Shown piece after piece: positions 38,382-45,721 of a DNA stretch of 64,000 nt. Every line of letters starts with the position of its first letter. Position 1 is the stretch's first letter. The notes beneath the pieces are model-generated. The model saw only the letters and a program-made list of their open reading frames with translations, had not been told where the DNA came from and searched no databases. The DNA is from an uncultured Bacteroidales bacterium (lineage in GTDB: Bacteria; Bacteroidota; Bacteroidia; Bacteroidales; FEN-979): the NCBI GenBank assembly GCA_903837605.1, contig CAILVF010000043.1, positions 12,016-76,015 of the forward strand, given 5' to 3'. A program made the translations under genes and the position numbers.

Positions 38382-38414
38382 TGTTCTGTGTTTTTCATGG
38401 CAGGGGGATGCCAT

Positions 38415-39455
38415 TTATTTAATATCCCAAACATCCCCGCTGTTCAGCAGGTCGTCAACATTTTTAATGGGGCTGGTTTCCTTTGCATATTTGATCTGCT
38501 CTTCCACCATATCGTCATAGGTCGGGAACATGGCAGAACGGATCACTCCAAAAACCATCGGGAAGTGAGGCGGTGCAAGTTTTGCCAGCATCAGGTGGAT
38601 GCCTGGATCCTGGTTGTATGCATCATGAATGAGGATGTCATCTGCAGTCACACCATTTTTACCTATTTCAGCAACTTCAAGCATGGTATCCTTCAGGATC
38701 AGGCCCTTCTCATTATTCTTGCCCCATGTCATAGGCTGCCCGTTCTTAACGTTCAGCATGTTCTCATCCTTGCTTTCCTTGCCGATTACATCATTATGCG
38801 CCTTGTCGGCGAAAATGATGCAGTTCTGCATGATCTCGATGATGGACGTTCCGTCATGTTTTGCAGCTTCGAACATGGCTTCAGTCATCATGCTGATGTT
38901 GTTGTCAGGAACGCGGGCGTAGAATGTGCCCTGTGCTCCCATAACAAGTTCGCCAACGTTGAAGGGATGCTCAATGGTTCCCTGGGGAGAGGTCTTGGTG
39001 ACCTTGCCCATGGGGGTGGTGGGGGAATACTGTCCCTTGGTCAGTCCGTAGATCTGGTTATTGAATAAAAGGATATTGATATCTACGTTTCGGCGGATGA
39101 CGTGAATGAAATGGTTCCCGCCGATTGCCAGCGAGTCCCCGTCACCGGTGGCCATCCAGACGCTGAGCCTGGGGTTTGCAATTTTAACGCCGGTAGAGAT
39201 GGCCGCAGCCCGGCCATGGATACCATGGATACCATATGTGTTGACATAGTATGGGAATCGCGATGAGCAGCCGATACCTGACACCATGCAAAAGTTCTCT
39301 TTACGGTAACCAATTTTCGGGAATACTCTTTCCACTGCGGCAAGAATGGCATGAGCGCCGCAACCTGCGCACCATTTTACCATCTGGTCGCTTTCAAAAT
39401 CGGTTTTGGACAACTGAACGGTGGAACGTTCGATGGTTGTATTTACGAAATCCAT
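38415..39455 (-). CDS. korB: 2-oxoacid:ferredoxin oxidoreductase beta subunit (KorB type)
   Basis: WCAGCGAH, TPP motif ATGDGDSLAIGGNHFIH, and NNQIYGLTKGQ. Confidence 0.8.
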   Translation of the reverse strand: MDFVNTTIERSTVQLSKTDFESDQMVKWCAGCGAHAILAAVERVFPKIGYRKENFCMVSGIGCSSRFPYYVNTYGIHGIHGRAAAISTGVKIANPRLSVWMATGDGDSLAIGGNHFIHVIRRNVDINILLFNNQIYGLTKGQYSPTTPMGKVTKTSPQGTIEHPFNVGELVMGAQGTFYARVPDNNISMMTEAMFEAAKHDGTSIIEIMQNCIIFADKAHNDVIGKESKDENMLNVKNGQPMTWGKNNEKGLILKDTMLEVAEIGKNGVTADDILIHDAYNQDPGIHLMLAKLAPPHFPMVFGVIRSAMFPTYDDMVEEQIKYAKETSPIKNVDDLLNSGDVWDIK

Positions 39456-39456
39456 A

Positions 39457-41307
39457 TTATTTTTCCTCCAGGATTTGGTTGAATTTTTCAGTTAACTCAT
39501 TGATCATGAATGGTAATCCCTGAACCTTATTGAACTGTGAAATGTTCGGTATCGGGAATTTCATCCTCAGGTAGTTCACGAATTGTCCGCTGTTGAGCTC
39601 GCAAACAACGATCTTTTTAAAGCCTTTCAGGACTTTTTCGGTGTTTTTCGGGAGCGGACTTATATATTTGAAATGGGCATGGCTGATGCTTTTGCCTTCA
39701 GCCTGTGCAAGCTTGACTGCAGAATGAACAGCTCCGAAGGTGCCGCCCCAGCTGATTACGAGGAGGTCGCCTTTTTTATTGCCGTCGATTTCCTGTTCCG
39801 GGATAAAATCTGCGATTTTTTCAACTTTGGCGGCACGAAGGTCGACCATAAGCTGGTGGTTCATGGGGTCCATTGAGACCACGCCGGTGATATTTTCTTT
39901 TTCAAGTCCGCCTATCCGGTGGCGCAGACCTTCGGTTCCCGGAAGGGCCCACTGGCGCACCAGTGTTTCTGCATCCCGTTTGTAGGGCTTGTAATTTTTA
40001 TCATTAGCCTCGGCGATGGGAGGTTTGATGGGAGGCAGGTCTTTTACTTTTGGAATGCGGAAAAGCGCAGATCCGAAGCCAAGGTAACCATCGGTAAGAA
40101 GTATTGCCGGGGTCATATGTTCCATCGAAAGTTTGGCTGCAGTATAAGCCATATAAAAACAATCATCGGGTGTTGATGCCGCAATAATTATAATAGGGCC
40201 TTCGCCGTTTCTTCCAAAAAGGGCCTGCATAAGGTCAGATTGTTCAGATTTTGTGGGAAGCCCTGTTGATGGGCCTCCACGCTGAACGTCGACGATGACC
40301 AGGGGAAGTTCGGTGATAAGGGCGAGGCCGATAGCTTCACTTTTCAGGGAGAGGCCGGGGCCAGAAGTGGTGGTGCAGGCCAGGGAACCTGTATATGAAG
40401 CCCCAATGGCTGAACAGATACCGGCTATTTCATCCTCTGCCTGGAAAACTTTTGCCCCGAGTGATTTATGTTTTGAAAGTTCCATCAGGATCTCGGTAGC
40501 GGGGGTGATGGGGTAAGAGCCAAGGAAAAGCGGGCGGCCCGATCTCTCGGAAGCTGCAAGCAGGCCCCATGCCGTAGCAATGTTCCCGGTGATGTTGCGG
40601 TAACGGCCTTTAGCCATTTTGGCCGGGCCGACCTGGATTACCGATTCGAGAGCTTCAATGGTTTCGGCATAATTGTACCCGGCCTGGATTACAATTTTAT
40701 TGATCTCGACGATTTTAGGATTCTTTTTAAACCTTTCCTCGAAATATTTATAAGCCAGTGTGATTTCGCGGTTGAAAATGAAATACAGGATACCAAGTGC
40801 GAACATGTTTTTTGAACGTTCAGCCGTTTTGGTATCGATACCCGAGTCCTTCAGGCTCTCTTTGGTCATGGCGGTGATTGGAGCCTTGATCATGCGGTAA
40901 GCATCGAGGCTGTGGTCTTCCAGTGGGTTTATTTTATACCCTGCCTTTTCTATGCTTTTTTCATCAAAAGCATCGGTGTCGACCAGGATGGTTGCACCTT
41001 TTTTGGCCCATTTGAGGTTCGACTTTAGTGAAGCCGGGTTCATGGAGACAAGGACGTCGACCATATCGCCGGTTGTAAAGATCTTTTCGGAGCCCATATG
41101 GACCTGGAAGCCGGAAACCCCTGCGACGGTATTATGCGGGGCCCGTATTTCTGCTGGAAAATCAGGGAAGGTGGCGAGGTCATTCCCGGCCATGGCGGCC
41201 GAATCGGAAAATACGGAACCTGAAAGCTGCATGCCATCGCCGGAATCGCCGACGAACTTCACAACTACGCTTTCCTTCTCAACAATTTGTCTTTTAGTGT
41301 TAGGCAT
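39457..41307 (-). CDS. korA: 2-oxoacid:acceptor oxidoreductase alpha subunit (KorA type, fused gamma-alpha)
   Basis: VKFVGDSGDGMQLSG N-terminus, then GSYPITPATEI, and VVDVQRGGPSTGLPTKSEQSD. Length 616 aa. The stop is 1 nt before the korB start. Confidence 0.8.
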   Translation of the reverse strand: MPNTKRQIVEKESVVVKFVGDSGDGMQLSGSVFSDSAAMAGNDLATFPDFPAEIRAPHNTVAGVSGFQVHMGSEKIFTTGDMVDVLVSMNPASLKSNLKWAKKGATILVDTDAFDEKSIEKAGYKINPLEDHSLDAYRMIKAPITAMTKESLKDSGIDTKTAERSKNMFALGILYFIFNREITLAYKYFEERFKKNPKIVEINKIVIQAGYNYAETIEALESVIQVGPAKMAKGRYRNITGNIATAWGLLAASERSGRPLFLGSYPITPATEILMELSKHKSLGAKVFQAEDEIAGICSAIGASYTGSLACTTTSGPGLSLKSEAIGLALITELPLVIVDVQRGGPSTGLPTKSEQSDLMQALFGRNGEGPIIIIAASTPDDCFYMAYTAAKLSMEHMTPAILLTDGYLGFGSALFRIPKVKDLPPIKPPIAEANDKNYKPYKRDAETLVRQWALPGTEGLRHRIGGLEKENITGVVSMDPMNHQLMVDLRAAKVEKIADFIPEQEIDGNKKGDLLVISWGGTFGAVHSAVKLAQAEGKSISHAHFKYISPLPKNTEKVLKGFKKIVVCELNSGQFVNYLRMKFPIPNISQFNKVQGLPFMINELTEKFNQILEEK

Positions 41308-41337
41308 CGTTATGTGTTTTAAGAGTGTGCGAAGTTA

Positions 41338-41345
41338 CAAAAATA
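41338..41345 (-). promoter_or_regulatory. -7 box (TATTTTTG) for korAB
   Basis: TAnnTTTG on the minus strand, 31 nt upstream of ATG 41307. Confidence 0.5.
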
Positions 41346-41407
41346 TCTCGCCCATCCCCCTGTTAAAAAATTCACATCCGGCGTTTTTCCGGTTTATCAA
41401 AAATGTT

Positions 41408-41415
41408 TATCTTTG
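41408..41415 (+). promoter_or_regulatory. -7 box (TATCTTTG) for the small ferredoxin
   Basis: TAnnTTTG 61 nt upstream of ATG 41476. The predicted leader contains a 7-bp hairpin GCCTGCC-CTCC-GGCAGGC. Confidence 0.45.
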
Positions 41416-41475
41416 CAGCGGAAAAAGAAATTACTAACCAGGCCTGCCCTCCGGCAGGCATAAATTTAACATGTC

Positions 41476-41643
41476 ATGGCTTACAAGATTAATGAAGATT
41501 GCACTGCTTGTGGAACCTGCATCGATGAGTGCCCAGTTGAAGCGATTTCCGAAGGTGATATCTATAAGATTAACCCCGAAACCTGCACCGATTGCGGAGC
41601 ATGCGCTGATGTATGCCCTGTAGAAGCGATTCATCCTGAATAA
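41476..41643 (+). CDS. 2x[4Fe-4S] ferredoxin (55 aa), absent from the ORF track
   Basis: Hand translation: MAYKINEDCTACGTCIDECPVEAISEGDIYKINPETCTDCGACADVCPVEAIHPE*. Two CxxCxxCxxxCP motifs. The 80-aa track ORF 41434..41676 (minus) is its antisense shadow. Confidence 0.85.
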   Translation: MAYKINEDCTACGTCIDECPVEAISEGDIYKINPETCTDCGACADVCPVEAIHPE

Positions 41644-41663
41644 GAAACTCAGGATTAAACAGT

Positions 41664-41692
41664 ACGGGCGGCTCATGCAATGAGCCGCCCGT
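41664..41692. terminator. Bidirectional rho-independent terminator
   Basis: 13-bp perfect stem ACGGGCGGCTCAT/ATGAGCCGCCCGT with a 3-nt loop, followed by ATTGTTTAT. Lies between the convergent ferredoxin and lpxH genes. Confidence 0.65.
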
Positions 41693-41716
41693 ATTGTTTA
41701 TACATAATATTAATGT

Positions 41717-42478
41717 TCAGGCACCTTCCACTTTCAGTGCCAGGGTTTCCCCGTCGAAGACGGCATATGTGAAATGGGTTAGCCAGTCACCCAGGACTAC
41801 CTGGACTGCTTTTTCAGATATTTGGGTTTCCACCGGGTAATGGTAATGACCGTATACCAGGTAATCGAGTTCAGGATGCTGTTTGATCAGCCCTTCAGAA
41901 TGGAAGCGGATTCGTTCGTTGATCAGCCTCAGGTTTCTTTCTTCCTCGGTTTTTTCTTTCTGCATTGCTGCATTCCGGCTTTTTCTTGACCAGAACAAAG
42001 CCATACTAATACCCAGGTCAGGATGGATCAGGCTGAAAAGCCATTGGTTGATCCTGCTGGCAAAGACTTTTTTGATGAACTTATAACCATGGTCGCCGGG
42101 GCCCAGGCCATCTCCATGAGCCAGGTAAAAGTTCTTCCCGTTAAAGGTCCGGAACTCCGGTTCCCTGTGAAGCAATATCCCAACCTCTTCCTGGAGGTAA
42201 GAAAACGCCCACATATCATGGTTCCCCCTGAAGAGGTGAACCGGGATCCCCGAATCAGTGATCCCTGCAAGCATACCCAGCAGACGGGTGTAACCCCGGG
42301 GAACAGTCGTCTTGTATTCAAACCAGAAATCGAAAAGATCGCCCATCAGGTATATTTCACTTGCATCCTTACGGGCCATATCAAGCCAGCGTACAAGCTT
42401 TTTCTCCCTCTCGAGGCTTTGCAGGCGATCGGGGATGCCCAGGTGAAAATCCGATGCGAAGTATATCTTACCGTTCAT
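41717..42478 (-). CDS. lpxH: UDP-2,3-diacylglucosamine diphosphatase
   Basis: Metallophosphoesterase motifs ASDFHLG, MGDLFDFWFEY, RGNHD and YGHYH. Confidence 0.8.
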   Translation of the reverse strand: MNGKIYFASDFHLGIPDRLQSLEREKKLVRWLDMARKDASEIYLMGDLFDFWFEYKTTVPRGYTRLLGMLAGITDSGIPVHLFRGNHDMWAFSYLQEEVGILLHREPEFRTFNGKNFYLAHGDGLGPGDHGYKFIKKVFASRINQWLFSLIHPDLGISMALFWSRKSRNAAMQKEKTEEERNLRLINERIRFHSEGLIKQHPELDYLVYGHYHYPVETQISEKAVQVVLGDWLTHFTYAVFDGETLALKVEGA

Positions 42479-42501
42479 ATTCAGTACAAATATCGGAAAA
42501 T

Positions 42502-43239
42502 TTATCTGGTTTGTTTTTTCACGGCTTCCATTTCCCTTTCCCTGATTATCCTGTTATGATGGAAAACTGCATGCTTGTTTCCCGGAAATGACCTTCCCAG
42601 GGAGCTGTCAATCTTCAGAAAGTAAACAGAATCATTGTGAAACGTAAGCACAGGACTTGTCCCGATGCCCTGGTTAAGGATCAGAAGGGAGGTTAAGCTG
42701 TTAAGATGCCTGTTGACATATTCAGTTTCAAGTGTATGCTGATTTTCCCAGACCGGCTTGAGGGACTCATCCAGTTTTTTCGAGAATCCGGCAAAATCAG
42801 GATCGCCCTGATGTGATAACAGGCTGCTTTGAAGGGAGTCGTATACTCTGCGGTTCCTGAAAGTCGCATTAAAAAATTTTTTCATGTCGCTGCTGGATGG
42901 CGATCCTGTGATGATCACATCCTCAAGATGTGATATCCCCCCTGACTTAATCCCAACCGTATCGCCAGGCCTGAGTTCGAAGATCAAAATGTTGTTCGGC
43001 GGAAGGCTTAGCAGGTATAGCCCGGGTTCTTTTAAATTTAAATGAAAAGAGAAATCTCCGGATTTGCCGATGATCACAGAGTCAATCACGACAGAATTTG
43101 AAGGCCCCACTTCCACCAGCTTCATAAGTTCACCAGGGACTCCCCTGATGTTTCCGGCGACCTTCGTATTGCCTTCCCTTGCCGTCTGGCAGGAGACTAT
43201 GATCAGCAGGATTAGCACGGAAAATATCAGCCTTTTCAT
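42502..43239 (-). CDS. DUF4369-like lipoprotein
   Basis: Lipobox LIIVSC. The N-terminal beta-sandwich pattern (KVAGNIRGVPGELMKLVEV...DSVIIGKSGDFSFHLNLKEPGLYLL) resembles the DUF4369 domain of TlpA-like proteins, but no thioredoxin CxxC domain follows. Confidence 0.45.
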   Translation of the reverse strand: MKRLIFSVLILLIIVSCQTAREGNTKVAGNIRGVPGELMKLVEVGPSNSVVIDSVIIGKSGDFSFHLNLKEPGLYLLSLPPNNILIFELRPGDTVGIKSGGISHLEDVIITGSPSSSDMKKFFNATFRNRRVYDSLQSSLLSHQGDPDFAGFSKKLDESLKPVWENQHTLETEYVNRHLNSLTSLLILNQGIGTSPVLTFHNDSVYFLKIDSSLGRSFPGNKHAVFHHNRIIREREMEAVKKQTR

Positions 43240-43691
43240 TTTAATTCAAGTTTGATCTTAGAAACCAGAAACCTGTCGATAGGAAACGTAAAATCTTCCT
43301 CTTTTAGTTCGTTAATTCTCAGCCACCTGAAACTTTGAGCCCCGTCAACTGCGGGTATGTCATTTTTAATTTCAGTTGTTTTGAACCTATAAGGTTTATC
43401 GATTTGCAGGGTATAATACACGTTAAACAACTGCATATCTGTCGGCAGCAGGGTAGTGGGCTGGTAAAAATCGGTCGTATAGAAATGTAAAATATCCCTG
43501 ATTTCCGAGTCCAGTTCTTCCCTGAATTCTCTTTTCAGGCAATCTATGGTCCCTTCTCCGAATTCAAGTGCACCCCCCGGGAATTTGGTCATGAGCATAC
43601 CCAGCCGGAATTCGTCGGTGACCAGGATCATGCCATCCGCAGTGAACAAGCCATAGACCCTGATGTTAAAGCGTTTTTCGTTCATCTGCAT
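43236..43691 (-). CDS. NUDIX hydrolase
   Basis: Nudix box GGALEFGEGTIDCLKREFREELD. Confidence 0.8.
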   Translation of the reverse strand: MQMNEKRFNIRVYGLFTADGMILVTDEFRLGMLMTKFPGGALEFGEGTIDCLKREFREELDSEIRDILHFYTTDFYQPTTLLPTDMQLFNVYYTLQIDKPYRFKTTEIKNDIPAVDGAQSFRWLRINELKEEDFTFPIDRFLVSKIKLELK

Positions 43692-43700
43692 TCCTTTCTT

Positions 43701-44375
43701 TCAGATATGTTTCAAAGCTCTTGTGATCTGCCTTTTCCCCGGGGGGCCGGGGATCTTTTCCACGATGAATCCGGAGGCTCTCAATGCCCTTATCACATCG
43801 CCCTTCACGGAATAGGTTGTGAGAATGGCCCCGGGTTTCATTGAGAGGAACAACTTCAGGAAGATCTCTTTTGTCCATAATTCCGGCTGGGTCGAAGGGG
43901 AAAATGCATCAAAGTAAACAAGATCGAAGGTTTCAACGGGAGGAGAGTATTCCTCGAGTCTATTATGAATTTTATGAAGGCGGAAGAAGTTTGTGATCTC
44001 CTCCGGCTTTCCCCATGGGGCAAGGTGCAACTTTTCATAGATGTCTTTGTGACCTGGTGTACAAAGCATATCAGGATAATTCAGCTGTCGCCACAGACCC
44101 CTTTCAAGGGGATAAGCTTCGATTGCAGTATATTCGAACTTTTTCCCCTGTCGTTCTGCCTCAAGCAAGGTGAGCAGGGCGTTCAGGCCTGTGCCGAAAC
44201 CGACCTCGAGAACGTTGATAGTGCCTGTTGCCGGGTCAAGATGGGAGAGCCCGGCTTCGATGAACACATGCATTGACTCCTGCACAGCTCCATGAGAAGA
44301 ATGGTAACTTTCGTTCAGTGCGGGAACAAATATCGTATCAGACTGGTCACCGGTGGATACAATCCTCAGGTTCAA
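43701..44375 (-). CDS. mnmD: tRNA (mnm5s2U34)-methyltransferase, MnmD-like (stand-alone MnmC methyltransferase domain)
   Basis: SYHSSHGAVQESMHVFI, LEVGFGTGLN and YFDAFSPSTQPELW are hallmarks of the MnmC/MnmD SAM-methyltransferase domain. Confidence 0.7.
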   Translation of the reverse strand: MNLRIVSTGDQSDTIFVPALNESYHSSHGAVQESMHVFIEAGLSHLDPATGTINVLEVGFGTGLNALLTLLEAERQGKKFEYTAIEAYPLERGLWRQLNYPDMLCTPGHKDIYEKLHLAPWGKPEEITNFFRLHKIHNRLEEYSPPVETFDLVYFDAFSPSTQPELWTKEIFLKLFLSMKPGAILTTYSVKGDVIRALRASGFIVEKIPGPPGKRQITRALKHI

Positions 44376-44387
44376 AGGATGGATGAT

Positions 44388-45650
44388 TTACTTGGTATCA
44401 CTGAGTTTTTTAATTGTTACTCTCCGGTTTTGCTTTCGCCCGTCGCTTGTTTTATTTTCGGCGATCGGCTGTGTGTCGCCCAGACCTTTGCACTGGATAC
44501 GTTTATCTTCAATCCCTCTTTCAACCAGGGCGTCCCTTATGGCTTCCGCCCTTTTCATTGAAAGTTTCAAATTCCCGTCGGCAGTGCCTGTATTATCGGT
44601 ATGCCCTTCAATGACTATACTCACCTTTATTTCTTCATTGAGGAATTCGGTAAGTTCATGGATTACCGGAGTGCTTTCGGCCTTTACTTTTGCTGATCCC
44701 GGGTCGAAATATATACCATAAATATTGATGAAACCTTTGGAATCAAGTTCTTTTTTCATGGCCGATTCGTCTTTGACCGGGGCGGTAACCTTAGGGGCAG
44801 GCGTTTCGGTACGGGCAAGCCTGAACCCGAAATCAGCCTGGGAAGAATTGGGAAAATCATTGTTGCGGTATGTTGTCCTCAGTGATGTCTCAGCGCTGCC
44901 CCAGGAGCCGCCCCTGACTACTTTTCTGCGGCCCTGGTCGGGTCCCCGGGGATTTTCTTTCGGGCTGTCGGTGTAATAATAGGCATTGTACCAGTCATAG
45001 CACCACTCCTGCATATTCCCGCTCATATCATAGATCCCCAGCTCATTAGCCCGTTTCGTTCCGATGTTGTGGCTCTTGAACCCGGCATTTTTACTGAACC
45101 AGGCGACTTCCTCGGCAATATTGCTGCCGCTGTAAATAAAATGCCCCGATTTTGTTCCGCCTCTAGCAGCAAACTCCCATTCGGCAGCGGTTGGGATGCG
45201 GTAAGTTTTACTGGTTTGTTTTGATAACCAGTCACAATATGCGTTTGCATCATTCCAGCTGATAAAAGAGACCGGGAGCATTGAATCCTTTTCCGGAATT
45301 TCCACCCCGATGGAGATGGAATGCCAGTTCTTTCCGGGTCTTGCTTTTGTCTGGCTGAGATCGGTTTTATACAATTCAGCCAGTTTTTCAGCATCGGTGA
45401 CATATTTTGTATCCTTGACAAACCTCCGGAATTCACCTATGGTCACTTCATATTTACAGATAGAGAAATTATCAACAAACACCTCGTGCATGGGCTTTTC
45501 GTCACTCCCACCAGTATTTGAGCCCATATTAAATGTTCCCCCGTTAATGAAAATCATTTCAGGCTGATTTGAAGATTTCTGCTGTGCAATGGCAATTGGC
45601 TGGTAAAGGGCCATTACAAATGAAGCGAGTAATAAGGATTTCCTGTACAT
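44388..45650 (-). CDS. SUMF1/FGE-fold domain fused to a C-terminal OmpA-like peptidoglycan-binding domain
   Basis: Signal peptide. FGE-type motifs (FINGGTFNMGS, YRIPTAAEWEFAARGG, NELGIYDMSGNMQEW, RGGSWGS). Then a linker and the OmpA motif IEGHTDNTGTADGNLKLSMKRAEAIRDAL. Confidence 0.7.
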   Translation of the reverse strand: MYRKSLLLASFVMALYQPIAIAQQKSSNQPEMIFINGGTFNMGSNTGGSDEKPMHEVFVDNFSICKYEVTIGEFRRFVKDTKYVTDAEKLAELYKTDLSQTKARPGKNWHSISIGVEIPEKDSMLPVSFISWNDANAYCDWLSKQTSKTYRIPTAAEWEFAARGGTKSGHFIYSGSNIAEEVAWFSKNAGFKSHNIGTKRANELGIYDMSGNMQEWCYDWYNAYYYTDSPKENPRGPDQGRRKVVRGGSWGSAETSLRTTYRNNDFPNSSQADFGFRLARTETPAPKVTAPVKDESAMKKELDSKGFINIYGIYFDPGSAKVKAESTPVIHELTEFLNEEIKVSIVIEGHTDNTGTADGNLKLSMKRAEAIRDALVERGIEDKRIQCKGLGDTQPIAENKTSDGRKQNRRVTIKKLSDTK

Positions 45651-45700
45651 GGGCTTTTTTTTTAATACGAATTTAATAAATTATCTATGTAAACCTGATC

Positions 45701-45721
45701 CGGGATGCGGGATGCAGGATA
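45701..45721. repeat. Short heptamer array (CGGGATG x2 plus CAGGATA)
   Basis: Ends directly against the stop codon (45722-45724) of the fused E1 gene. Confidence 0.7.

Noticed and set aside
41434-41676. 80-aa minus-strand ORF in the korA-lpxH gap
   Set aside because: It is antisense to a textbook 2x[4Fe-4S] ferredoxin ORF on the plus strand, which has its own -7 box and terminator. The minus-strand product is Cys/Ser-rich only as a mirror effect.
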